Assembly (NCBI GenBank): GCA_035291665.1
Contig: DATDRP010000003.1
Span: 212,549 to 276,548 of the forward strand
Direction: 5' to 3'
Length of the DNA: 64,000 bases
DNA from: Patescibacteria group bacterium
GTDB lineage: Bacteria; Patescibacteriota; Microgenomatia; UBA8517
The notes under the pieces were generated by a model. It saw only the letters and a list, made by a program, of their open reading frames with translations. It had not been told where the DNA came from and did no database searches. Positions 19,086 to 29,915 of the stretch are shown here, piece after piece (position 1 is the first letter of the stretch; each line of letters opens with the position of its first letter). A program made the position numbers and the translations under genes.

Positions 19086-19703
19086 ATGCCAGAAAGAATA
19101 AAAGTTAACGGTTATACATCAAAATACCAAAGATCGATTCGCCTGATTAACGGATCCGAAAATGAAGGGTGTTGGGACCTTATGAAGGGTGGTGCTTTTA
19201 ATTTGTATTACTCCCAACCCGACAAACAATGGCTCAAGGTTCCTCAGGGTGGTGATTATGAATATAGAATATGTCGATCCCTACCTCCTCAACACGACGC
19301 CCTTGAATTGGCTGGGCTGAATGCGGAAAAAGATATGACAAGAATAGTTCATGTTTACCCCGGAAATACAAAATCCCTGTTAATGCCGCATTTGGGAGAT
19401 ACGATAGAATCAACATTAAAAGATATTTCCAATCATCCCGATAAAGATAAGTGGATTGATATCGTAAGCGAAATATATTATTACGCGTGGTTACAAGCTC
19501 AAGCTTTGCTTATCAATGGTGGGTGGTGGTTTGACGACCCAAATCCCGGAAATATAATACGCCATAAAACAAAACAACCTGTATTAATTGATTTTTCAAA
19601 CAACAAAATTCGATCATCTGCAAATGCGTTTTCCCAAAACGAACTTGAGAAAAAATTCCTAAAACAAATGAAGAAAAACGGATTGCGCGGGTGGTGGGAT
19701 TAA
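19086..19703 (+). CDS. Protein kinase-like fold protein
   Basis: GGAFNLY, WLK, LLMPHLG, DPNPGNI, LIDF. Confidence 0.6.
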   Translation: MPERIKVNGYTSKYQRSIRLINGSENEGCWDLMKGGAFNLYYSQPDKQWLKVPQGGDYEYRICRSLPPQHDALELAGLNAEKDMTRIVHVYPGNTKSLLMPHLGDTIESTLKDISNHPDKDKWIDIVSEIYYYAWLQAQALLINGGWWFDDPNPGNIIRHKTKQPVLIDFSNNKIRSSANAFSQNELEKKFLKQMKKNGLRGWWD

Positions 19704-21595
19704 TTTTTTTCAAAATATCTTTCAAACCAAAGTTCCAAATTAAGAAGCGTCCACAGCTTGGGACCATAATCATTTTTTACTGAATGCGTCATCAGCATAT
19801 TTTTTACGTATTTAGTATCAAAAAGTTCTCTTCTTAGTGCGTTTTTGGAAAGAAGTATGTGTTTTGCATACTTACCCAAATCACCGGTAAACCACTTGTC
19901 CAATGGAATACTGAAACCCATTTTCTTCCGGTAAAGATTTTCGTCGGGTACCAACCCCCGAAGAGCCTTTTTCAAAATATATTTGCTTTCTCCTCCCGGT
20001 GAAAGCTTAAGGTTAAAAGGAATTTTTGAAGCCAGATCCACTACTTCCCTGTCAAGAAAGGGAGACCTTACTTCCAACCCAACACTCATACTAGCCATAT
20101 CAACCTTGACCAACAAATCGTCCGGCAAATAGGTTGTAAGATCAAAATACAAAGCTTGGTCACAGAGGTCTTTTGCCCCGCTTTCTGTAAAACTTTTCCT
20201 TATAACCTCAAGCGAATCCTCATATTTTGTAAGCGATGAAAAATTATATGATAATAACTTTTCTTTATCAGAAGGCAAAAAGTAGAAATTATAAGACATC
20301 AGTTTGTAGGCAAAATCAGTATCTAATTTATGAAGAAAATTTTCCGCTCTTTTTATTCTTGGGGAATTCGAAAAATTTTTTAATCTTTCCGTTAGAGACA
20401 ACCCCAGCGGCGATATCCAATGTCTTTGGTTATTAAGAAGGGCATCCCTTCTTAACCTCCAATAACGATCATACCCGGCAAAGTTTTCATCCCCGCCGTC
20501 ACCGTTAAGAATAACCTTGACGTGTTTTCTCGCTAGCTTACTTACCATGCAGGTGATAACGTTGCTGGCGTCAGCAAAAGGTTCTTCATAGGTTTCAACT
20601 AACTCCGGCAAACTCTCAACTGATTCGGGTTCTGCAATAAGCACAGTGTGTTCAGTTTTATATTTTTTAGCGATAATATCGGCATATTTTGATTCATCAT
20701 ATTTCTTAACACGCGATCCGATAGTGAAGGTTTTTATTGGCTTAACCGAATTTCTTGCCATCATCGCAACAACCGCACTGGAATCGACACCTCCCGACAA
20801 AAATGCTCCAATTGGCACATCGGCTATCATCCGAAGTTTGACTGATTCTTCAAATGTTTCCTGAAACTTCCTGATCCACTCCCCCTCAGTCATCTGTAAT
20901 TTCTCCGAAAAATCAGGTTTCCAATATCTTCTTTTTAGAAGAGATTCTTTTTTAAGGTCCACAAACAAATAGTGACCCGGTTCAAGTTTATAAATATCTT
21001 CAAATCCGGTAAAAGGCGCCGGAATATAACCGAAGGTGAGATAGTTATTGATAGCGATAAAATCGGGTTTAGCGTGAATTTCTTTTTGAGTTAGCAGCGC
21101 CTTCAGCTCAGATGCAAAACAAAATATATTCCCATCAAAATAATATTTAAGAGGTTTTTTCCCCATCCTGTCTCTTGCGAGAAAGAGTGTTTCTTTGACT
21201 TGGTCGTAAATTGCAAAAGCAAAAAATCCCCTCAGAAATTCAAGACATTTAGTGCCATGCTTTGCATAAAGGGTAAGAAGTACTTCCGTATCGGTTTTTG
21301 ATTTAAAACGGGTTCCTTTTTTTATTAAATCTGATCTTAATTTCTGGTAATTATAAATTTCGCCATTGAAAACAATCACAAAACGGTTCTTGTAAATCAT
21401 GGGCTGATGCCCATTTGATGACAAATCTATTATCGATAAACGCCTGTGACCAAGTCCGACTTTATGGTTTGCCGATATATAAATACCGCTATCGTCAGGT
21501 CCGCGATGGGAAACCTTCTCACTCATGGAATTAATTTCCGATGGGATAACTTTTTTCCCCAGTCCAAGGACACATTTTCCGACAATGCCGCACAT
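19700..21595 (-). CDS. asnB: Asparagine synthase (glutamine-hydrolysing) family amidotransferase
   Basis: MCGI, HRGPD, HRRLSIIDL, FNGEIYN, LSGGVDSS, GDGGDE. Confidence 0.95.
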   Translation of the reverse strand: MCGIVGKCVLGLGKKVIPSEINSMSEKVSHRGPDDSGIYISANHKVGLGHRRLSIIDLSSNGHQPMIYKNRFVIVFNGEIYNYQKLRSDLIKKGTRFKSKTDTEVLLTLYAKHGTKCLEFLRGFFAFAIYDQVKETLFLARDRMGKKPLKYYFDGNIFCFASELKALLTQKEIHAKPDFIAINNYLTFGYIPAPFTGFEDIYKLEPGHYLFVDLKKESLLKRRYWKPDFSEKLQMTEGEWIRKFQETFEESVKLRMIADVPIGAFLSGGVDSSAVVAMMARNSVKPIKTFTIGSRVKKYDESKYADIIAKKYKTEHTVLIAEPESVESLPELVETYEEPFADASNVITCMVSKLARKHVKVILNGDGGDENFAGYDRYWRLRRDALLNNQRHWISPLGLSLTERLKNFSNSPRIKRAENFLHKLDTDFAYKLMSYNFYFLPSDKEKLLSYNFSSLTKYEDSLEVIRKSFTESGAKDLCDQALYFDLTTYLPDDLLVKVDMASMSVGLEVRSPFLDREVVDLASKIPFNLKLSPGGESKYILKKALRGLVPDENLYRKKMGFSIPLDKWFTGDLGKYAKHILLSKNALRRELFDTKYVKNMLMTHSVKNDYGPKLWTLLNLELWFERYFEKN

Positions 21596-21799
21596 AAGTA
21601 TTTCAGTAGTAGTTACCCTCGAGTATTTTATGAAGAGGAGGAACCTTTAATGAGCTCTCTATGAGATTATAGTAATTTTTGATTATCTTTCAAGAAGTTG
21701 GTTTTCGAACTTGGTTTCTTAAAATTTGTTCTCAGCGAAGAGAAAGTAAAAAAATGACTATTGACAGCAAATTTTATTTATAACTACTATGAAATAAGG

Positions 21800-22801
21800 A
21801 TGAATAAATTTAACAACATTGCAATAAGCCTTACTTTAATCCTAATTTCTTCATTGTTTATTTATTCGTTCATCAAATTTCCAAAAGTTGCATCTTCAGT
21901 CGGAAGCGGTGTTGTTATTAACGAAATTGCATGGAGCGGGACAACTGCCGATACCAACGATGAATGGATTGAGTTGTTCAACAACTCAGGAACAGAAGTT
22001 GATTTAACAGGCTGGACTCTGAATGCTACTGACGGGACACCGAGTATAACTCTTTCCGGAACGATCCCCACAGGGGGATATTTTTTACTTGAAAGAACTG
22101 ACGACAACGCGGTTAAAGATGTTGCTGCAAATCAGTTTTTTACGGGTGCACTCGGAAACGGGGGTGAGGTTCTCGAACTCAGAAATGCAAGCGCCGAACT
22201 CGAAGATTCGGCCAATGCTAACGGAGATGTTTGGCCGGCGGGATCAATAACTCCCATCCGGTCAATGGAAAGAGTTGATCCGCTTCTTCCCGACACAGAT
22301 GGGAACTGGGCAACTAATGATGGGCTGACAATTAATGGAAGCGATTCAGCAGACGGACCGATTCTTGGAACCCCCAAGGATCAAAATAGCATTATCGGAG
22401 CAACCCCAACACCGACCACCCAACCCAGTCCGACTGATGTACCCACACCTACCGATGAACCAACTCCGACTCTGGAGCCCACACCCACCAGCGAACCAAC
22501 ACCAACCGAAGTACCGACCTCAACTCCGGTCCCTACTGTTGAACCTACTGCAGTACCAACCGAGATTCCGACACCCACTCCCACAGAGGAACCCTCACCA
22601 ACGGGAGAACCGTCGGTAACTCCGACAGAAATTCCAACACCGACCGAGTCGCCTTCCCCCACTCCGGAACCAACGCCCGTTAGCGGAATCTTTTGGACAA
22701 TCGGATTCGGAAGCAACAAAACCACCTGCAGACCGGTCTACCAAACTTTCCACTTCGGATTCATGCATTTCAGAATCTTCACAATATCCTGCTCGAGATA
22801 G
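21800..22801 (+). CDS. Secreted lamin-tail-domain protein with Pro/Thr/Glu repeats
   Basis: VVINEIAW..DEWIELFN...DLTGWTL...GTP; long PT tract. Confidence 0.85.
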   Translation: MNKFNNIAISLTLILISSLFIYSFIKFPKVASSVGSGVVINEIAWSGTTADTNDEWIELFNNSGTEVDLTGWTLNATDGTPSITLSGTIPTGGYFLLERTDDNAVKDVAANQFFTGALGNGGEVLELRNASAELEDSANANGDVWPAGSITPIRSMERVDPLLPDTDGNWATNDGLTINGSDSADGPILGTPKDQNSIIGATPTPTTQPSPTDVPTPTDEPTPTLEPTPTSEPTPTEVPTSTPVPTVEPTAVPTEIPTPTPTEEPSPTGEPSVTPTEIPTPTESPSPTPEPTPVSGIFWTIGFGSNKTTCRPVYQTFHFGFMHFRIFTISCSR

Positions 22802-22975
22802 ACTCTCCTTAACATCTCAATCTATTGAATGAGTAAGTAATTCTAATTACAGAGTCTTCAAGTAATTACGGAGCAAAATATAACTACATTTCTCCCTTAT
22901 CAGAAAAGTTCCAGACAAATATTATGTTAGAATAATCTGCTTCCCAAAACTATTTATGAAAAGAGTTTTCAATTT

Positions 22976-24745
22976 ATGAAAAATATATTCAAAATAATAA
23001 AACTGTCCAAACCGCAGCATAAATTAATCGCGGTTGCCTGCGTTCTGATTACAATCCAGGCTGTTTTACAGCAAGCAACCCCGGTTACTCTCAAGTATGT
23101 TGTTGATGAGTTGTCAAAGCAGATCAGCGCGGGTAACGGTAATTTCCAAAAATTAACCCAGCTTTTCGCTATCATTCTTTCAATTAATATCGCAATTGTT
23201 GTTATTAATGCTGTCGGACAGCGGTTGGGAGACTTCATTGCTTCCCGATTGGGGCGACATCTGACCGAAATTTACTACCGGAAAATCTTTACCCTACCCC
23301 AACTTTATTTTGATTCGGAAGTTTCGGGAAAAATTGTCAACCAGCTTAACCGGGGAATAATTTCCATCAGAGAGTTTGTCGGTACGATGACGAACTTTAT
23401 TATGCCGGCAATGCTGCAGGCAATTTTCGGAATAGCCGTCCTTGCATATTTTGACCTGGGAATAGCCCTTTTGGCGCTTTCGGTTTTCCCTGTTTATATC
23501 GCGATTTCAAGCTATTCAACAAAAAAATGGGGTGATATCCAAAAAGAAAAAAATATCCATGAAGATACAACACGCGGCCGTATCCAGGAAGTCATTTCAA
23601 ATATAAAACTCGTCAAAACTTATAACACTCAGTCCCGCGAATGGAATTTTGTTTCCGATGAATACGGTGAAATCAACAGACTTTACGACAGGCAGTCAAC
23701 TTTGTATCACATCCTTAATTTCTTACGGGAATTCGGCTTAGAGATTTCCTTCGTTATTATTTTATACGTAATATTCAAAAAAACCTTCATGGGTGAAGTA
23801 ACTCTTGGGGAAATGATCCTCATCATCCAAATTCTTAACCAACTCCGCTGGCCGCTTTTTGGCATGAGCTACATACTGGAACAGATTCAAAGGGCAGAGG
23901 CCGACTCCAAAGAGTTTTTTGAAGTTCTGGATCTGAAAGGCAGTGAAGTTTTTCATACCAAAAAACTTCCGAGGTTGATAAAAAATCCTGAAATCAGTCT
24001 TGAGAATGTCAGCTTTTCCTACGAAGAAGGTTCTCCGGTTTTGTCCGACGTAAGTCTTAGTCTGGGTAATCATGAAACTGTAGCTTTTGTGGGACATTCG
24101 GGTGCAGGAAAAACCACGCTCGTAAATCTCATTCTGAAACTTTATAACCCCACGAACGGCAAGCTTATGCTTTCCGGGAAAGACTACAAAAAAGTCCAGC
24201 ATGCTTGGATCCGGGATCATATTGCACTCGTTTTTCAAGAAAACGAACTTTTCTCTTCCACCATCAGGGAAAATGTCTCATATGGAAAACCCGATGCTAC
24301 CGATAAACAGATAATAAGCGCACTTAAAAAAGCAAATGCCTATGATTTTGTTTTCAATTTTAAAGCAGGGTTGGACGCAAAAATAGGCGAACGCGGAGTG
24401 AAATTGTCAGGCGGACAAAAACAAAGGATTCAAATTGCCCGGGCAATACTCCATGACAAACCGATACTTATTTTGGATGAAGCAACCAGCAGTCTTGATT
24501 CAAAATCGGAAAAACTTGTCCAGGACGCCTTGGGAAACTTAATCAAAAACAGGCTTGTTATTGTCATCGCACACCGTTTCTCAACCATCCAAAACGCCGA
24601 CCGGATTGTTGTTCTTGATGGTGGAACTGTTGCAGATATCGGAAAACCCCAGGAATTAGCCAGACGTAAAGGAATTTACTCGGAACTTTTGCAGTACCAA
24701 ATCGAAGGAAACAAAAAACTATTGAGTGAGTATGAACTGAATTGA
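22976..24745 (+). CDS. ABC exporter, fused permease and ATPase
   Basis: GHSGAGKT, LSGGQKQR, ILDEATS, IAHR. Confidence 0.95.
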   Translation: MKNIFKIIKLSKPQHKLIAVACVLITIQAVLQQATPVTLKYVVDELSKQISAGNGNFQKLTQLFAIILSINIAIVVINAVGQRLGDFIASRLGRHLTEIYYRKIFTLPQLYFDSEVSGKIVNQLNRGIISIREFVGTMTNFIMPAMLQAIFGIAVLAYFDLGIALLALSVFPVYIAISSYSTKKWGDIQKEKNIHEDTTRGRIQEVISNIKLVKTYNTQSREWNFVSDEYGEINRLYDRQSTLYHILNFLREFGLEISFVIILYVIFKKTFMGEVTLGEMILIIQILNQLRWPLFGMSYILEQIQRAEADSKEFFEVLDLKGSEVFHTKKLPRLIKNPEISLENVSFSYEEGSPVLSDVSLSLGNHETVAFVGHSGAGKTTLVNLILKLYNPTNGKLMLSGKDYKKVQHAWIRDHIALVFQENELFSSTIRENVSYGKPDATDKQIISALKKANAYDFVFNFKAGLDAKIGERGVKLSGGQKQRIQIARAILHDKPILILDEATSSLDSKSEKLVQDALGNLIKNRLVIVIAHRFSTIQNADRIVVLDGGTVADIGKPQELARRKGIYSELLQYQIEGNKKLLSEYELN

Positions 24746-24762
24746 TTTGTTACACTTAAATA

Positions 24763-25602
24763 ATGTCCAAAGGAATAGCGACCTTACTTGTACTTCTTTT
24801 GATCCCAGTCATCCTTGTCGTGTTATTTCTTTTATTCACAAAGGGTTCACCCTCTCCTCTCGGGAATAAAACATCATTAATGAATTCTGTTAATAAAGCC
24901 AAAAACGATCTGGCAAAGGTATCTCCTATGGCTTTGTGGGATTTTGAGTACGAAACAAAGACCTGGAAATCGGTAGGCTCTCCCCCAACATGTCCCGATC
25001 CTTTTACATTTCCGGCTCCTGCCGATTTGAGCCTTGCAAGCGGAATTCTATACCCGGGTCAAATAAGAGGCGGAGACTACAAACCCCATGGCGGAGCAAG
25101 ATTTGACAATCTACCAAATAATGAACTTAATGTTTACTCTCCTTTTGATGGCAAACTATATCAAGCTGCAAGACATTTGGAATCCGGAGAAATGCAGTAT
25201 TCACTTTATTTTATAAACGACTGCGGAATGATGTACAAACTCGACCATCTTCGGAAACTAACCGACAAATTTGAGAGGCTATTGGAACCCATCCCCACAG
25301 GCGCCGAGGGCGATTCAAGAACAACGATGATAAATCCGGCTGTTTTCATATCCAAAGGTGAGCTCGTGGCCACCGAAGTCGGAATCATAAAAACCAAAAA
25401 TGTATTTTTTGATTTTGGAGTCTATGATTTACGGCAAAGAAACGGAGTTGATTACAGCGGCAAAGATTACTTCAATATTGAACAATACGGGATGCATGGT
25501 GTTTGCTGGATGGATTATTTGCAGGAACCGGATAAATCGTTATCGTATAGTCTCCCCGGCGCCGACGGACAAAGTGGTAAAAAGAGTGATTATTGCAAAT
25601 AG
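24763..25602 (+). CDS. Membrane-anchored M23-like protein
   Basis: TM; KPHGG, SPFDG, LDHL, KGELVA, FFDFG. Confidence 0.6.
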   Translation: MSKGIATLLVLLLIPVILVVLFLLFTKGSPSPLGNKTSLMNSVNKAKNDLAKVSPMALWDFEYETKTWKSVGSPPTCPDPFTFPAPADLSLASGILYPGQIRGGDYKPHGGARFDNLPNNELNVYSPFDGKLYQAARHLESGEMQYSLYFINDCGMMYKLDHLRKLTDKFERLLEPIPTGAEGDSRTTMINPAVFISKGELVATEVGIIKTKNVFFDFGVYDLRQRNGVDYSGKDYFNIEQYGMHGVCWMDYLQEPDKSLSYSLPGADGQSGKKSDYCK

Positions 25603-25630
25603 CAAGAGAGGTATTAGAAAAAGTTAAAAA

Positions 25631-25862
25631 TTAAACTGAAGCTATGCGTCTCTCTATTTTTTTCACTTTAGTTTGTAATTTATCAAAATCTTCAACTGTG
25701 GGAGAGTCGTCTTCCAAATTAGCCAACTGCAAACCTATCTTATCCAAACGATTTGTCAGTTTTGTATCGACCTTATCAATCTTTTCATCGACATTTTTTA
25801 ATGTCTTTACGAATTTTTGTTTGGCCGTCAAGAATAGCTTGGAGAACTTTATTGTCTGACAT
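25631..25862 (-). pseudogene. Small coiled-coil protein gene with apparent +1 frameshift
   Basis: ATG-25862 frame MSDNKVLQAILDGQTKIRKDIK joins NVDEKIDK... if one A of an A6 run is removed. Confidence 0.55.
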
Positions 25863-26143
25863 AACTACACTATGCCATAAGAAATTATCTTTTAAAGACT
25901 CATTTTATGCAAAATTATTAATAAGCAGAAACCCCTTCCCCGCGCTCAGATGTCACATTATAATTTCATAAATGAAATGGCGTGACTTATGCTGTAGAAA
26001 TTACATTTCAGTCCTATTTCAAAATATTATTTTGTATGCAGCAATGGACAAGGCAGAAAAATTACCACAGGAACCTTGAATACAGTTGAGGGAATATCGG
26101 AAGCGAGTTGTGTAAATTAGATTTTTGATATACTGCCTTTGAA

Positions 26144-26779
26144 GTGTCTAAAACCCTTTTCCAATATTACGAACAATTGCTTGATGAATATGGTGACCCA
26201 ATAATCTATTGGCCTCAGTGGTGCGCTAAAACCAAATCAATTGCGGAAAGAGAACAGATTATTATTGGTATGATTTTGGTTCAGAGAACCAGTTGGCACA
26301 ACGCCAACATTGCTCTTAAAAATCTAAAAAAAGAAAACTTTCTATCTGTTAAAAAAATAGCAAAACTTAAAACACTGGAAAGGCTAACCCAACTTATTCG
26401 TTCAGCTGGTTTTTATCACTCCAAACCTAAGCGCATATTTGATGTTTGTACTTTCGTAACCAATCAAGGCGGAGTAAGAGGTCTTATGAACAAAAATAAA
26501 GTTGACGTCCGTCAGCAGCTTCTAACTATCAAGGGTGTGGGTCAGGAGACTGCCGATACAATTCTACTTTATGCATTGGATAAGCCGGTTTTTATTATTG
26601 ACGACTATACCCGACGCTGGACTGAAAAAGAAGGTTTGACTAAAGAAAAAGACTATATCATGTTACAAAAGTTTTTCCAGAGCAATTTGAAACTCAACAT
26701 AGAAACCTATCGGAATTTTCATACCCTTATTATTGTTTCTCAAAGGGGCAAAGAGAAGTCAATGATGGAGATAGTGTAG
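26144..26779 (+). CDS. Endonuclease III-related HhH-GPD DNA glycosylase
   Basis: ILVQRTSW, IRSAGFY..K, LLTIKGVGQETADTILLYA; no FeS cysteines. Confidence 0.85.
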   Translation: MSKTLFQYYEQLLDEYGDPIIYWPQWCAKTKSIAEREQIIIGMILVQRTSWHNANIALKNLKKENFLSVKKIAKLKTLERLTQLIRSAGFYHSKPKRIFDVCTFVTNQGGVRGLMNKNKVDVRQQLLTIKGVGQETADTILLYALDKPVFIIDDYTRRWTEKEGLTKEKDYIMLQKFFQSNLKLNIETYRNFHTLIIVSQRGKEKSMMEIV

Positions 26780-26892
26780 TTAAATGCTAAAAAAGCGCTA
26801 TACAGCAATGAGCAAGTTTGAAAAAATTTTCTGAGCCCAAATAAGCTTGTTATTTAGCAGTCGTAATGTTATATTGCTTGTGAATAAAAAAT

Positions 26893-27654
26893 ATGAGCGA
26901 TCTATCGGAATTTGAAGAAAAATACTTCATAGACGGGCAAAGATACAACTGTCCTTTTTGTAATGTGCGCGGTGCTAAATACACTGTTGTGGATGATGCA
27001 GAATATAACAAAAACGATAGTGAAATTATTTATTGCTATATTGTGGAGTGCGACCTTTGTAATAAAAGGTCAATACATCTTTCTACCTGGCGATGGAGCA
27101 CCGGTAGTACCAGGGGGAGGCTTACTAACCCCTTCGCTTACAGACCTGAAGGTTTAAGTTATGAGAAACATAAAGATTACAAAAAAGTCGAGCCTAGGCT
27201 TGATCTATTTTTCTTTTATCATTTCCCTACAGGCTTTTTTACGATTAACGAGCTTATTCCTAAGAAAATTAGAGAATTGGTATCAGAAGCGGATGGGTGC
27301 AAGGAAATGAACTTTATGACTGGCGCTTCTGGTTCTTTAAGAAGAGCTATTTACAAGTTCCTCAGGAAAGAGGGTGCTCAAGGAAAACATTACGAGGATA
27401 AAATCAAATGGCTCAAGCAAAAGTATACTGGCGTAGATGAAGAATATTTTGATGCTTTAGCAAATATTAAAGATATGAGCGACGACGATTTACATGAGGA
27501 AGATTGGGAACCTTGGAAAAGTTCAGAATTTAACTACTTGGTTAGCTGTTTTAAAGAGGTACTGGAAGAAATTTATGTGAAACCGTATAAAAGAAGCAAA
27601 ACCCTCAGTCGAATAATAGCGATGAAGTCAGGTAGGAAAAAAATGAAAGAATAA
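26893..27654 (+). CDS. Zinc-ribbon plus DUF4145-like protein
   Basis: CPFC..CDLC; EA..C...GAS..LRRAI; DDDLH. Confidence 0.55.
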   Translation: MSDLSEFEEKYFIDGQRYNCPFCNVRGAKYTVVDDAEYNKNDSEIIYCYIVECDLCNKRSIHLSTWRWSTGSTRGRLTNPFAYRPEGLSYEKHKDYKKVEPRLDLFFFYHFPTGFFTINELIPKKIRELVSEADGCKEMNFMTGASGSLRRAIYKFLRKEGAQGKHYEDKIKWLKQKYTGVDEEYFDALANIKDMSDDDLHEEDWEPWKSSEFNYLVSCFKEVLEEIYVKPYKRSKTLSRIIAMKSGRKKMKE

Positions 27655-27657
27655 AGA

Positions 27658-28104
27658 ATGAACTTTTATGTAAATATTGCTATAAGTGCAGGAATCGGGA
27701 CTGCTTTGGTAGAAATAGTTACAAAACTATTTTTGGAACACTTTTTAAAGGAAGAGTTCTACAAGTTTAAAATTCGTTTTACTGACAAGAGAGATTGTGC
27801 TAATGAACTTTTGAATCTTGTCAGCTTTGAAAACTCCGGCAAGTGGATTACAGAAAAATCCTTAATGTATTCCAAAGCATATTCGCTTGCTGATCGTCTT
27901 GATTCCTTGGGAGAACATAAATTCGCGAAAAAAGTAACTGCTTATGTCACCAAGACTTGTATTATGCTTGACCTGTTATCTGGACTATTGGGCAAAAACA
28001 TTGATGCCCAGAGAGAAGAAAGAATAAAGCACTATTTAAAAACAGCGACTGACGTTGCACATATACGTCAAGAATTAACAGAAATAGCTAGAAAATTAAA
28101 ATAG
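27658..28104 (+). CDS. Hypothetical protein
   Basis: 148 aa, 3 nt after the previous stop. Confidence 0.6.
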   Translation: MNFYVNIAISAGIGTALVEIVTKLFLEHFLKEEFYKFKIRFTDKRDCANELLNLVSFENSGKWITEKSLMYSKAYSLADRLDSLGEHKFAKKVTAYVTKTCIMLDLLSGLLGKNIDAQREERIKHYLKTATDVAHIRQELTEIARKLK

Positions 28105-28185
28105 AAAAAATGGGTTATCAGAATCCGACTTGATTAAGTAAGCGCTTCGGTAACTTTCTCTTCCAATCCTGTATAATCCAATAGT

Positions 28186-29067
28186 ATGAATGTAGATTTT
28201 GTACGTTTCAAAGCAAGCGATAACGTAGAGCTAAGGGGTTGGTTTAGCGATGGTGGGAGCGACAAAGCAGTTATTCATGTCCACGGAATGTCCGGAAACG
28301 GTTATGAAAATTATTTTCTTGATAATCTGAGGGAGATGTACAACAGTAATGGTTTTGCGTTTTTCTCAATTGATACCCGCGGGAGTGGAATTTATAATTC
28401 ATTTTTTCTTGGAGGTGATCAAAGTAAATGGGGTGAAGGCACAAAACCCGGCGGCAGTTGTTTTGAGATTTTCGAAGAAAGCGTTAACGACATTCAAGGA
28501 GCAATTGATTACCTTAAAACTCTTGGTAAAACAAAGTTTATTTTGCAAGGTCACTCTTTGGGAGGAAGCAAGGTTGTTAACTATATTGTTAATAAAGGTA
28601 ATCCTGAAGTAATCGCCTCGATTTTACTTGCTCCTACAGATATGTCAGGCTGGGCCGCCACAGATCCAAACCACAAGAAATATTTGCTGAAAGCCAAAAA
28701 ACTTATTGCCGAAAATAAAGGAAAAGAACTTGTAAGTGCTGAGTGCTGGTTGGATAAAACCCCCCTCTCCGCTCAAACCTATCCAACTATTTGTGAAGCA
28801 GGAAGGGCTGTTGATATTTACGGAAATAAAGGTATTGCACCTTTGGGAAAGGTTAAAATTCCAAACTTGATTGTATACGGTGATAACGATATTGGAATCC
28901 TAAAAATTGATGGTTCTACAGCTAAATGGAAAGATAGGGTTGGAAAAATTAAACACAAAAATACACAAATATCCGTAATTTCCGGTGCTTCACACAGTTT
29001 TAAGGGATACGAAGAGAAGTTGTCGCAAATAATTCAAAAATATCTAAAAGGCACGAATAAATCTTGA
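28186..29067 (+). CDS. Alpha/beta hydrolase (DUF1749-like)
   Basis: HVHG, GHSLG nucleophile elbow, YGDND, GASHSF. Confidence 0.85.
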   Translation: MNVDFVRFKASDNVELRGWFSDGGSDKAVIHVHGMSGNGYENYFLDNLREMYNSNGFAFFSIDTRGSGIYNSFFLGGDQSKWGEGTKPGGSCFEIFEESVNDIQGAIDYLKTLGKTKFILQGHSLGGSKVVNYIVNKGNPEVIASILLAPTDMSGWAATDPNHKKYLLKAKKLIAENKGKELVSAECWLDKTPLSAQTYPTICEAGRAVDIYGNKGIAPLGKVKIPNLIVYGDNDIGILKIDGSTAKWKDRVGKIKHKNTQISVISGASHSFKGYEEKLSQIIQKYLKGTNKS

Positions 29068-29093
29068 CTTGACTAAGTGGGTTAACCGTCAAC

Positions 29094-29915
29094 TTACTGT
29101 TGGGCCCAGATGACAAATGTGAAGAGCTTATTTCCCAAACCCAAGTCGCGCTCAAATAATGCAACATTGCCGTTATCGCGAATTGATCTTCCCCATTCGC
29201 TTTGATTTTCAAAGTCCTGGTTTTTTGCGGCTTCGGAAATTATCGAGCCCAGAGGTAACTTTTGCGAACTACCCGCAAGCGACGTAAAACTATCAAGGTG
29301 CGCATATATCAATGACAGCTCGTCATAATCATGCTGGTTCGGGTGCTCATTACTAGGGGGACCGTCCGGATCACTTGTGTAATCCATACAGCTGCCCAAG
29401 TTGGGGTTGTCAAAATTTTCATCCTGATGGTCAAGTCCAAATGTGTGGGCAACCTCCTGGCACATTACCAGTCTCTTCCATTGGGGGGTGTTGTAGGTGA
29501 CAGAACTAAAATAAGTATCATTTACTTTAGCTGTACCTTGGGTAATGTGACTGCCGCTCGCCCAAATTTGGGCTATTCCCAGCCAGCCATTACTGCCATA
29601 ACGGTAATTACAAACCTCTACGCGTCCGCTTGTCGGACGACATCGGCGCGGGTTTTGGAAACCTGCAACAATTTGCGTATTAAGTACCGACGATACACTC
29701 CAGTCGGTTGAAGCTGTAGCAAGATAGGGATCCCAGGAGGATGATAGATTATCAGCAAGCGTCAAATTAAAGGGATTGGAAGTACGTGCCCAGTGATAAC
29801 CCCCCCATGAATGGCTGGCCAAAATCCCGGGCGGTAAAAAAGTTAATGTAACTAAGGTAAACACCATTAACAAAACCCCTGTTATTGTAATTTGTTTCAA
29901 CGGTAATGAGCGCAT
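29094..29915 (-). CDS. Secreted metzincin-like protein
   Basis: Signal peptide; CQEVAHTFGLDH and SCMDY Met-turn. Confidence 0.7.
   Translation of the reverse strand: MRSLPLKQITITGVLLMVFTLVTLTFLPPGILASHSWGGYHWARTSNPFNLTLADNLSSSWDPYLATASTDWSVSSVLNTQIVAGFQNPRRCRPTSGRVEVCNYRYGSNGWLGIAQIWASGSHITQGTAKVNDTYFSSVTYNTPQWKRLVMCQEVAHTFGLDHQDENFDNPNLGSCMDYTSDPDGPPSNEHPNQHDYDELSLIYAHLDSFTSLAGSSQKLPLGSIISEAAKNQDFENQSEWGRSIRDNGNVALFERDLGLGNKLFTFVIWAQQ

Noticed and set aside
22400-22680. Tandem DNA repeat and antisense VG-rich ORF 22381-22725
   Set aside because: Explained by the Pro/Thr linker of the lamin-tail protein.
19700-24745. Lasso peptide cluster (asnB-like plus ABC exporter)
   Set aside because: AsnB has an intact MCGI glutaminase domain; no precursor, RRE or adjacent B2 protease; the genes are divergent.
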